64,000 nucleotides of DNA, from NCBI GenBank assembly GCA_046563655.1, contig CM102283.1, forward strand, positions 2,356,001 to 2,420,000, written 5' to 3'. Below, one piece after another: positions 24,701-36,026 of the stretch; within the stretch, counting starts at the first letter, position 1; every line of letters begins with the position of its first letter. Under the pieces are notes generated by a model. The model did no database searches and was not told where the DNA came from. It worked only from the letters and a program-made list of their open reading frames with translations. The position numbers and the translations under genes were made by a program. The DNA is from Yuukianura sp. NJ FZ-2021 (taxonomy: Eukaryota).

Positions 24701-25372
24701 TCGGTCGGCACTTGTCGGTATTTTTGTGTCGCTGCCTTTGACTCCTTCGCTTGGTTTCTTTTCGTTGCCGGAAGATCCAGTTTCTTCGTAATCTACCGGA
24801 ACGTACTCGTACTCATCCTCGGCAGTGGCGTTATCCTGCCGCTTGACAACTTGGAGTTCTTCTGCAAGAACCTCAAGTTCTATTGGCTCCGCCTTTTTTT
24901 TAAACTGCTGCTCATTGGTCCGTAGCATCTCAGGATTCTGGTCATTGGATGCAAGTTCACTGGAAATTGGCGGTGGATTCAAAAGAGTTTTAAGTTCATC
25001 TTCCCATGGTTGACTTTTAGTGGTGACCTTGACCTCTGTGTGATCTTCGAGGTCATTCTTGACATCATCCAGTGCTAACTCCGTTGCCAACGGTTCGTTC
25101 GTCATTGGACTTAAAATGTCATCATCAGATGTCGCCTCTTTGTCATAGTCCTCGTACTCATAGCCATACAATAGTCCATCTTCACTTGCCAAGCGACTTG
25201 GCGCTAGACTGGAATCGCTGTGTTCAGCAGCGCTGATTTCCGTTTCACTGATTTCAGTAGCACTGGTTTCAGCATGACTGATTTCAGCAGCGCTTCTTCC
25301 AAGAAATAGAGTCAAAACTAAGACAGTCATAAGCGTCACACTCAAACATTTATTTGACATGACGGATTTCAT
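21703..25372 (-). CDS. DOMON plus cytochrome b561 protein (ferric-chelate reductase FRRS1-like) with signal peptide and long acidic N-terminus
   Basis: FYYGCNDDKDCFGGPRACMQSKSC, YVSLGLSFDQKMG (DOMON), membrane domain with four His (LHG, VHV, HHN, VHA); multiple GT-AG introns. Confidence 0.8.
21868..21905. promoter_or_regulatory. Two perfect AGGTCA-n-TGACCT (IR1, EcR/USP-type) palindromes in a ~76-nt intron
   Basis: aggtcattgacct at 21868-21880 and 21893-21905. Confidence 0.4.
22062..22781. mobile_element. Non-autonomous DNA transposon (hAT-like MITE) in an intron of the FRRS1-like gene
   Basis: 14-bp perfect inverted termini ggtcgcattatcga (22066-22079) / tcgataatgcgacc (22764-22777); many internal TTATCGATAA-type repeats; TSD not identified. 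Confidence 0.6.
24115..24163. promoter_or_regulatory. Three perfect AGGTCA-n-TGACCT (IR1) palindromes in a ~79-nt intron
   Basis: aggtcattgacct at 24115, 24135 and 24151. Confidence 0.4.
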
Positions 25373-26374
25373 TTCTAAAAAAAAATATTTTGTCCAAAAC
25401 AAAAAAGTTATGCGTGATAAAAACTTTTTGAAATTCCATTTTTGAAAAATTTCACTACAATCAATCGTTTTTGTGCATCAATCAATCAAAGTTAAAATTG
25501 AAAAAAACGCTGGTAGTTATGGTAATTTTCCCGTGGGGAAAAAAAGTAGGGTTTGACATATTCAAGGACTGCAGTATTTTGTATCCAACGAAATTTTAGT
25601 TTTACTTTATCAGGCAAAACTTCCAATTTTTTATTGAATTTGGAAGTTAAGTTAGTGCAATCTGGAGTTTCCTTCTGTCATGAAAAACACAACAACAAAT
25701 GTGGTCGCGCATGTTTTTTCAATGGATTTGACCCTGACGTGGTCTAAACTAGTTAAACTATTAATTTAGTTAATCTTCCTTAGCAATACATTGAGTCAAG
25801 GTCATTGACCCCGCAGTGACCTCGGCATCTCTCCTTCTAAGCATAAGCTCATTTGCTCTCACTATGTCACTGTGCCTTTCATTGGATTCATCTTCAGACG
25901 GTGATTAATCCTCAAATCCAGTAAAATTGGCAACAGTTTTGCTCTACTTACTTTTCCTGTTTTCATTTTCGAAACATTTTTTTTTGAAGTTTAGTAACTC
26001 AGCAGTGTAAATTTTGCAGTAGCGTCTGCTTTTTGTGGTTCGTTTGGACTATTGACATCGATATATTTTCTACTATATGGCATATCAACAGTATTTCAAT
26101 TGCAATACCACAGAATAACTTTATGCAGTACAAAACCACATATTGTTTAATCTTATCTGAACCTATTGAGCTTTTAACTAAAAGTATGCTTTGTCACAGT
26201 AATTGGCAAAAGAAGTGACGTTTAATTCAGAATTCAAAAGAGGCTAAAAAGGGCCGCTGGCATCTTTTTGCAAGAATTTGGCACACGAAAAGTCGTGATT
26301 TGGCGGAAGTGTTTCGGTGTTTGGAAAATAGTTGAATGCTCCTTCGGCTGTAGCTTTCAGATCTGTTTTGAAAA

Positions 26375-29300
26375 ATGGACAGTGCGGAAGACCAGGAAAA
26401 ATTGTTAGAACAAAATCAAAATGGAGGAGAAGAGGAAGAAGAAGAGGAGCCAGATAGTTCAGAAGCTAGGAAAATAGCAGCGGATTTGGAACAAAATGGT
26501 ATTTTCAAAATTTTGAAAAATTTTCAAGACGTTTTTAAAAAAAAAACGTAGTCATGTCATCTAAAAAATGATTGCGGGAGAAAGTGGAAAAGAGATTATC
26601 TAGACCAAATTGAAAGATTTTTTTGAAACTTTTTTTTTGCAACTTATTTAGTCGTAGGTTGAACAAGGTTGGAAGATTTGTGAAATTTTGAAATCAAAAT
26701 TGAAATTTTCAATTTGGAAAGTTTTTTGATTTTGGTTTTTGTTGTAGAAGGATCTTCTGAAATGGAAGACGATGACCTGATGGCAGGCACGGGTACTGTT
26801 GACCCCTTGACCTTGCTTGAAACGCATGACCAATCAGGGACGTTTCCGAAATCGAATGTTGTAATTCGGCTTTCCCCGACAATTCACCCAGACGCAGTAA
26901 CGTGGCTAATTGAAAAATTAACCGGGAAAAAACAAGATGGCGGAGCAGAACTCTTGGTTCGAGCGGAACCTTTCTCGGGAAAATCCAAAGAGGTTTTGGC
27001 ATTTGAAAAATCGGAACTTTGAAATTTTAAGTATAACAAGAGTTTGACCTTTGACTCTTTGTTGCAGAGTTTGACCCTTCATGTAACAGCATCCAAGCTA
27101 AAGTTTTTAGAATGTGCAGAGTATATGGAACTGAAAAAATTGGATTCTCGCGGGGTTTTGCGTGAATTCAATGTTGGTGACCTTGATGACTTTCTACATG
27201 GGTCAATCGGATTGGACAATTTACTCACCGCTGCCGAAAAACAACTGATTGTTACTCATGAATTAGACAATGTACGCGTTCTAGCTCCAGAACGTACTCT
27301 ACCTGGGTAAGATATAATCTATTCTATACTAATGAGAAGTTACATGCGAGGGTAATTCCGGCTGAGAAATTCACTAAAGTGTAACTTCCTTATTTATGAC
27401 AAATTGAAATTTTCCAAAAAATTGTTTTTTGAAAACACCATCACACCATCTAACTTTCCACAGAAGGCATTTGGAAAAAGTGACGATTAGGCTGAGAAAT
27501 TCACTAAAGTGTAACTTCCTTATTTATGACAAATTGAAATTTTCCAAAAAATTGTTTTTTGAAAACACCATCACACCATCTAACTTTCCACAGAAGGCAT
27601 TTGGAAAAAGTGACGATTAGGCTGAGAAATTCACTAAAGTGTAACTTCCTTATTTATGACAAATTGAAATTTTCCAAAAAATTGTTTTTTGAAAACACCA
27701 TCACACCATCTAACTTTCCACAGAAGGCATTTGGAAAAAGTGACGATTAGGCTGAGAAATTCACTAAAGTGTAACTTCCTTAGTTGTGACAAATTGAAAT
27801 TTTCCAAAATATTGTTTTTTGAAAACTCCATCACACCTTCTAATTTTCTACAGTAGCACTTTTGGAAAAAAGTCATGGGTTGAAAAAACTTTCAAAATTT
27901 AATGGGTATCGGACAAAGCTTCAGCAAGCATACTATGAATGCTGGTAAAATCTAATGTAGATTAATCAATCTAACAATCTAAATTATTTATTTTGCAGAT
28001 ATCCCAACACGATTCTTCACCGAGGTCAATCAATCTGTAAGTCCAATTTTGCCAAATGGATTAATTTTTTATAGAACAATAACCGCAATTGACTCAAATC
28101 AAAAAATTGACCTTGACCTTTGACCCCAAACTAACTTTTTCATACAGTTAACATCTACCAACAAGAGGGTCTCGTCGTAGATGTTTTCCCGCTTCACGAC
28201 GAACCTGAAGTAGAATCTCTAGGAAAACAGTGGTACTACGCTCTGTTCAAAGCACAGCCTTTCGGTAATCGTGTATCATAAATTGCTTCATTGATATTTT
28301 GAAAACTGTAATTTTTTCAAAAAATATTTTATTTTTTATTTTCAGACGAAATTCGACAATACTTTGGAGATGCCATAGCCCTGTACTTTTCATTTCTGGG
28401 TTTCTACACCGTGTCTCTCGTTGCCCCAGCCATTCTCGGAATAGTTCAATTCTTCTTATCAGAAACAACAACCGGAAACAGCGCCATCTTCTTCTGCATT
28501 TTCAATTTAATCTGGGTCACAATCACTCAAGAACTATGGAAACGGAAGTGTTCTGAGCTGGCCTACGCCTGGGGCACTTTGAGAATGACCCAGTGGGGGG
28601 AGGACCCCCGGGCTAACTACAGGGGGGTCATGACCATTGACCCGGTCACTGGTCGCTACCAACCGTACTCCCCCTGGTGGAAAACGGCCATCAAGGTCTA
28701 CTGTGTCTCTCTACCTATAGTGATTCTGTCGATCTGCGCAGGCGCATATGTCATGTTGTACTCAATTTGGCTGGAGGAGTACTTGACAGAAGCGAAAACA
28801 CGACACGGGAGTCACGTGGCAGGGTACATGACGATGCTGCCAAGTATCGGATACTCGGCACTAGTATCGTATGTTAACAACGGTTATCACAAAGTGGCTA
28901 CGTTCTTGACTGAATGGGGTAAGTTTTCTAGAAAAAAGTACCGTATTTCCTCGCCTATAATACGCGTATTATCTGAGAAACGAGAAAAAAAAGTGGAACA
29001 AAGAAATTCACTTCACTAAAAACTTAGGAAACCGGACGAAAAAGTGTATTTTTAGTTTTAAACTTTAGGTTTACGTCGAATTGGAGTATTTTTCAGAATT
29101 TCCGAGGTGCTCTTATACGCAAAAGTGCGTGTTATAGGCGAGGAGATAAAGTATTTTTCAAATGGTGACAAAAATTGAGAAATTGAATTGCGAAATTTCG
29201 ATTTTTTTTTATAGAAAATCACCGCACGCAGTCGCAGTTTGAGCGCCACCGTGTTTCGAAGCTTGTGATTTTCGAATTCGTGCATACTTTTATGTCCATG

Positions 29301-30740
29301 TTCTACTTGGCCTTCTACATTCAAGACATGGAGATGCTCAAGAATCAAGTCACGGTTATGTTGTTGGTCAATCAATTCATCAATCACTTCAAAGAAGCTC
29401 TTTTGCCATTGGTCATTCGCAGAGGGTTCAGCATCGTAAGTCCAGAATTTGTCAAAAACTGAAAATTTTCCAACATAAATTTTAAAATTTTTCAAAATTT
29501 TGAACTTTTTTTTTGAATTTAGGCAAAACAACACATGGCTGAAAAGTTTCCCAACCTGATGTACACGTTGAGGCTGGTGGATCGACCTGACGCTGCCAAA
29601 GCTGAGTTAAGCGAAAGTGAAAAAGCGGCAGCCAACACCGTGGCGTCGCTTGGACTGCAGTTTTTGGAACCAGACGATCCGCGTATCCAGGAAACGGCAC
29701 AGCAAGTTGGCATGGACGAATACGAGGTCAGGAAAATAACCTATATTTTGAAAAAAAAAGTTTGAAATTTTAAAATTTTGAATTTTTGAAAACTAGGGTA
29801 CCTTTGACGACTACTTGGAGATGTTCATTCAGTTTGGTTACGTTTACCTGTTCTCAGCTGTGTCTCCACTGGCTGCTTTCTATGCCATTGTCAACAACGT
29901 TATTGAAATCCGCGCAGACGCTTTCAAACTCTGCAAGGTCACGCAACGCCCTCTGGCTAAACGGGTCAAAGATATCGGAGCATGGCAGGTATGAAACAAA
30001 CGTCAAAATTTTTTTACCCAAGTCAAAATGAAAAGTTTTTGACCCAAGTCAAAGTCGAAACCTTTTGAGTCACGTCAAAGTCTAAACTTTTTGACCCACG
30101 CCAAACTCAAAACGTTTTGATCCAAGTCGAAGTCGAAACTTTTTGCCCCAGTCAAAATCCAACGGTTTTGATTCAAGTCAAGAGTTTTCACCAAGTCAAA
30201 ACCGTTTCAAAAATAAAAGATTTTGACCCGAATGAAATTGACGTTGCTTTGCCTTGACTTTTCAGGCGGCCTTTGAACTGATAGGAGTGATGGCCGTGAC
30301 GACGAACTGTGCTCTTCTGTGCTTGTCTCCAAATCTTCGTTCATACGGATCGTCAATGACTGCAGCCGAATGGCTTCTACTTTTTGTGATTATCGAACAC
30401 GTTCTGATTGGAGTCAAACTCGGAATTGCCATTCTCATCCCCGATATTCCTTCATGGGTCAAAATGGCTTTGGCTTGTGTTGAGTACCGATCACGACAAG
30501 CACTCAAGAACGAGGTAAAACTCCTGCGAAATTAAACACAACATATACAGATATAATAATACATTATAATATTAATATTAATCATATTAATATATTTAGC
30601 AAACATTTAAATCAAGACGAAACCTCACCAGACGCTTCAAAACGATTCACGGAGTGGCGACAAAGAAAGACGCAGGAGGTAGCACAGTACAACGCAGGAA
30701 ACCGAAAAAACAGAGTAATCAAATCAATCCAACTGCATAA
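26375..30740 (+). CDS. ANO10: Anoctamin-10 (TMEM16K)-like scramblase/channel
   Basis: [85 protein letters not shown]; multi-exon. Confidence 0.9.
27318..27945 (+). mobile_element. Non-autonomous Helitron-like element in an ANO10 intron
   Basis: Begins A|TCTATTCTATACTAAT and ends CTGG|T (CTRR); the related copy at 34891 retains the GGGCGAAGCCC subterminal hairpin. Confidence 0.6.
27361..27875. repeat. 130-bp tandem repeat: three identical units plus a diverged fourth
   Basis: Unit gctgagaaattcactaaagtgtaacttcc.. starts at 27361, 27491, 27621 and 27751. Confidence 0.95.
28941..29151. mobile_element. pogo/Tc2-type MITE in an ANO10 intron
   Basis: TA|ccgtatttcctcgcctataa ... ttataggcgaggagataaag|TA: inverted termini with TA duplication. 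Confidence 0.7.
30005..30200. repeat. Degenerate ~30-bp tandem repeat (ttttgacccaagtcaaagtc) in an ANO10 intron
   Basis: Six to seven imperfect copies visible. Confidence 0.6.
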
Positions 30741-31064
30741 GGCAAAAGTTTTCAAAATTTGAAAAATTTCGAAACATTTTTTCAAAAATGATAACGCGGA
30801 AATATCACGCTACTATCTCAGGCGATTTCAATTGAAGCATAAACAATTTATCAGAGCTAAAGATTTTGAAGACAGCAATACATGTTAGTATACTCTGAAG
30901 AAGATATTATACGAATAATGTAACAATATTCAATATAGTGTAAACATATAATCTTATATGTAAATGTACCTATTAACTATTACTGATATTCTGGAAACAT
31001 AAACATGTACTGTCCATCAATAGTCAATCAACTCTGAACATGAAACAATCTCTTGGTAGGAATT

Positions 31065-33423
31065 TCATGGTGCAGGAGCAATATTTCTCACTCCAGTCGA
31101 AGGCTGGACGAGTATCACCGTGCACGGAATTCCTGCTGCCGTGTAGAGCGTCACCGTCTGCGGCATCTGTTGAGCCAGCATCGCTTCCGTGATGGGCATC
31201 GGTGGTTCAGGACGCAGTGGAGCGGGATCGACCGTCCAGAGAGCAATGTACTGCGGTTGATTCGTCATTGGATTGCCAAACGGCTCAGTTTGACCCAAGA
31301 TTGCTCGTTGCTGAGATGCTGATGCTGACGAAGTGGAGTCAACGCTTGGAGAAGCTGCTACGTCCCCATTGATTGCACGTAATTGTGCCGCGGCAGTTGA
31401 AACGACCACTGGACTTGCAGTTGTTGCTGCTGAAGCTGATGCTGCCGTTGATGGGGGAACCCCGAGAGTAATGACCGGTCCTGATGATACTGCCGACGCG
31501 GTGGCAGTATTGATTTGTGCTTCCACACTGGAACTGGTGGCAGTCGCAGAAGGTTTTGAGTTTGGACCAGGGTTTTGTGGAGGTGCAGGGAAGACGATTC
31601 GACTCGACCCGGGAATGACACCACCAATTCCACGGTTTTTGTGGAGCTGAAGTACTGGATTGTAGTGATTGACAATAATGTGGATGAAGCAGTCAAGAAT
31701 GGCAATTTCTGGTAAATTGCAGAACGGGCAGCATATTCCAACGGTGCCGCGGGAGTGGTACATTTCCATGTGTTGATACAAATTGCCATAACAGGAGAAC
31801 ACGTTGAGACAGATGATACACCGGCTCCTTTTAGCCTTCTTGTAGCAATGTTGTGTTTCATTGATAGTGTCATGTGCCTTTTGACAAATCCCGCAGTACA
31901 AAGTTCCTTGAGCAAGTTCCAGCATTGTCTCTGGAGAAGCTTTTTGTTCCTTACTACAAACTCGACAGTGCAGAGTAAGCTGAATAGAGTCATCAAATTT
32001 CTTTAAGCAAGAGCCACAGCGCATGTCCGGTTCCGGAATGATCTTGGAAGGCATTTCCGGGTGCGTCAACGTCAGATGCCGACGAAGTAGAACGGCCGAA
32101 TCCCACGACCGCTCGCAGAGTCCGCAACCCAATGGAACTTTAGCTTTCTTGCCCGAAGAGATTTTGACTGAAGCGTTTGCCTTTGTTCGGATTAGTTTCT
32201 GCTTAGCCACTCTTGCTCGTGTGTTTACTGGTGATTCTTGCTCGTGTGATTGACTGGAAGCCCCAGGATTTTGTTCAGCGTCGTCGTTAGAATCCCTCCA
32301 ATTCTCGATCAGTGGCGGAGGAGCGTCAGCATCAGTACCATTCCCAGGTTCAGCAGTGTGAGTTGTAGACGCCTGATCTACACTTGTATCTTCGATGCTT
32401 TTATCTTCTTCGATAGCCTTATCCTCTTCGATAGCTTGTCCCGCGTCATCCGAGTCGCCTTCTTTCGTCTTTTCTTTGTTCTGTGGAATCTCAGTATCTT
32501 GACTTTCCCTGTCTCCACTGCCAACATCTGGATCTTCATGTCCAACTTCAACTTCCGCAGTATTAGATGTACTGGATGCTGCCGAAGTAGTAGCAGTGGT
32601 GTAAACAGCATCTATTTTTGGTGTTCCAGTTCCAGTCTTATTAGCATGAGACCGAGCAAGAGCCATCGCTTCAACTCTAATTTCACTTCTGGGTGAGCCC
32701 GGACAAGCATCTAAATCAAATATTGAAAATAAAACACATGATGAGTACAAAATGATCACCGATTGATAATTTTTGTTTAAAAATTATTTTCTTTGTTTTT
32801 GGTTATTTACCAAGCACATCCTCGGTTCCCGTCTTCTCTTCCTCTTTCAAACGCTCCACTAAAACACCCGAAGAATCACGAATCTCTCCATCTGAAATGA
32901 TTAAAACATGAAACACTTCGTATTAATATTAACAACTTCAAACAAACATATCTTAGCGGTACGTTTCACACTTTCAACATGATCCTGGACCTCCTGCAGT
33001 GCCCGGAGAAAATTTCGTTGAAGACGAAGGAGTTGGCCTGCCAGTGGCCGAGGTTTTCTGATGTCTGCTTCAATCAATTCAATCAATTGATCCAAATTGT
33101 CCTTTTCCATTGTACTGTCGTTCATAACTGAGTACAGAGATTACAATAGTTAGGTAATACTGAATAGTGTGGTTTAAGATAGATTTTATAATCAGCAATT
33201 AATTACCTAAGCCCAATTCTTGCAGATTCTGAGTGACTTCGTTCCAACTCCATTTCTCATAAGCGACGTTGAGATCAGGATTTTGTTTGAGTCTGGTTTT
33301 CAGCGGTTCCGGCAGCGGTTTGCACTCGTATGGGCCCACCACAGGAAACTTAACTTTCTTATTAGTCTCCCTTTCATCTCCACTACTTTCATCTTCATCT
33401 TCCGATTCATACGGGCGCTTCAT
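31065..33423 (-). CDS. C2H2 zinc-finger protein, short paralog (copy A), 4 coding exons
   Basis: MKRPYESEDE.. start; fingers CGLC..HLTLTH, CIIC..HMEMYH, CPFC..HIIVNH; splices in frame into ORF 31065-32759. Confidence 0.75.
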
Positions 33424-34534
33424 ACTGCTCCAGTGATTGCTGCGCGGGTTTAACCTAAAGTGAACGAGAATAAGAACATAACCATTTGAGGTACATTGAT
33501 GAAAAAGCTAATGTTAAAAGTCTCATCCGCTCATTTCAGCTCTTTCATTCCATTCATAGCATTCTTTCATAGCATTCATAGCATTTCATTTCATTAATAG
33601 CATTTCATTTAATGCTAAAACGAAAGTGTAAATAAAACATGAAGCAAGTAGGGGAGGTGGGAATATAGAAAATAAACAGCGAAAGGGAAGGCATTGATGT
33701 CGATTCGTTAATTTAAGTTAAATTACTTTAACTGTAACTTTTTTAAGTTACAAAATTTACAATGAAACCCATCATTCGAAACAGTACTTGCATCGGCACA
33801 GATCAATACGTCAATAAACGTTATGCATACGATTGTGAAAGGATATTTCAATACAACTGCAGTAAGTTCATAACACGAAAAGTTTTGAGTTGGAGCTTAT
33901 CAATTAAATACTTGTCAGTCAAGGTCAACATCATGGTGCCTACATAGTGTATTATGTAGTAACAAAAATACAACTTTTTAAGAATGTCATGTGTTTTACA
34001 TTACCTCGTCAGCTCAGTAGTCGTAGAGTGTCGTCTTCTTAGGACGGTCACGATCAGATTGCTGTGCTAAACTGGAGATGTGATGAGAAAATGGCGGACA
34101 AACTCCTAGCTTCTACTCACTTTAGTTTACTACTTGGACGCACGCCTGCCTGCTTCTGACTGTTGGCTTCCTTGTTCTGTTCTGTTGTGTTTCTGGACTG
34201 GAGTAGATGTGGGAAAAAGATGGCTGTCGGCTGTGCTAGCCTTCACTCACTTCAGTTTACTACTTGGGCCCGTCTAATTTATAGTTTTATCTTTTGCTCA
34301 CGTGTCCTCGGAAAAGTTTGTCGTAGGTCACGATGTTAACGACATGAAGTTTGTATTTAAAATTCCGTTGTTATTGACGCCTACGACACACATTTTCTTA
34401 GGAAACGTCAGCGAAACGAAAAGTATAAATTGGGCTGTTAGAGCCTAATCACGTGATTGCGACGAAAAAGAATTTGGGTGGCCACGCTCTCGGGGGAGAG
34501 GTTTTTTCTCTTCCGAGGGGTGTCAAAGTAATCG

Positions 34535-34562
34535 GGTCACTGGTTCAAATCCGGTTCGAAGG
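34535..34562 (+). other. tRNA-Tyr-like 3' half (T-arm plus acceptor strand); not a complete tRNA
   Basis: ggtcactggttcaaatccggttcgaagg forms a 5-bp T stem with TTCAAAT loop and resembles the 3' end of animal tRNA-Tyr; no adjacent 5' half. Confidence 0.4.
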
Positions 34563-34629
34563 TTTAAAAAAAAAATTTTTAACACCATTAACTTATGTTC
34601 CATCTATTGACAAGGCTAAAAGATTCCAT

Positions 34630-34916
34630 GAAATGTAGTTTCCTCATTTATGAGATTATTTAAAAAATTCTAAAATATCGTTGTTTTCAAAACACTATCA
34701 CACCTTCTGATTTTCTAGCGTATTACTTTAAAAAAAAAAAGAGTGGATTTTCCTAATTTATGCGAAGTTTAAATATTTTTCAAAACGTTTTTTTTTAAAC
34801 ACCATCACACATTCTTCTAACTTTCTACAGTAATACTTTAGAAACAAAAAATCCCAGGTTGAAAAAAAAATTCAAAATTTAAAGCGTCTTGGGCGAAGCC
34901 CCAGCAAGCATGCTGG
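34630..34916 (+). mobile_element. Diverged Helitron-like copy (3' part) at the start of duplicated block B
   Basis: Two degenerate copies of the 130-bp unit, hairpin gggcgaagccc at 34891, end CTGG|T; followed by the same flank as the copy ending 27945. Confidence 0.6.
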
Positions 34917-34980
34917 TAAAAACTAATTAGATTAACAACTTAACCACAATGAATTACAAACTAAATTATTTATTTTGCAG

Positions 34981-35585
34981 ATCTCCCAACACGATTCTTC
35001 ACCGAGTCAATCAATCTGTAAGTCCAATTATAAAAAAGATTAATTTTTTTACTTCAACCAATTAGTTTCAAAAAAAAAAGTTTCAAAACTTTTACAAGAT
35101 CCAAATGTAAGTTTAAAACTTTTTGCCCCAAGTCAAATTCCGTTTTGACTCAAATAGTCAAGAGTTTTGGCCTAACCGTTTCAATCAAAGTCAAAGATTT
35201 TGACCCGAATGAAATTGACGTTGTTCTGACTAGACTTTTTAGGCGGCTTTTGAACTATTAATAATCGGAGTGATGGCCGTGACGGCGAATTGTGCTCTTC
35301 TTTCCTATCCAAATCTTCGAGCTTATAGATCGTCAATGACTGCTGCCGAATGGCTTCTGCTTTTTGTGATTATCGAGCATGTTCGGATTGGAATCAAACT
35401 ACGGAATGATAATTATATTGATATATTTAGCAACCATTTAAATCACGACGAAACATCACTAGACGCTTCAAAACGATTCACAGAGTGGCGGCAAGGAAAG
35501 ACGTTGGAAGTATTATTATTACAGTCCTTTAGTACAACGCAGGAAACCGAAAAAACAGAGTAACCAAATCAATCCAACCACATTA
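34981..35585 (+). pseudogene. Degenerate duplicated ANO10 exon fragments
   Basis: Copies of ANO10 27999-28036 (1-nt deletion), 30266-30420 and 30600-30740, with indels and large internal deletions. Confidence 0.85.
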
Positions 35586-36026
35586 AAGGCAAAAATTGTC
35601 AAAATTTCCGAAACCTTTTTTGCCGAAAATGATGAGCCGGAATATCACGCTGCTATCTCAGCCGATTTCAATTCAAGGAGAAAAGTTTATATCAATTGAA
35701 ATAATTATAAAATTAATTATAATTATAAAACTCATTATAATTATAATTGATATTATAACAGAACAATTCTTCATAAAGATTTTGAAGACAGCAATTATAG
35801 CAATAATAGACTCTGAAGAAGATATTATGCAAATATGTAACAATATGCAATATAGTGTAAACAAACATATAATCTTATATGTAAAAATGTACCTATGAAC
35901 TATTACTGATACTCTGGAAGGAAAAACATACTATGTACTGTCAACATAGTCAATTACATAAAAAAAAGTATACATAACAATTCAATTCAGTAACTTTGAA
36001 CATCAAACAATATTTTGGCGGGAATT

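Noticed and set aside
27361-27875. CRISPR-like array and duplicated 63-aa ORFs
   Set aside because: Units are identical head-to-tail repeats with no unique spacers, no cas genes and a eukaryotic intron context; the ORFs are repeat artefacts.
34003-34030. tRNA 5'-half-like cctcgtcagctcagtagtcgtagag that might pair with the 3' half at 34535
   Set aside because: 500 nt away, the acceptor stem does not match well, and it coincides with a likely splice donor of the zinc-finger leader exon on the other strand.
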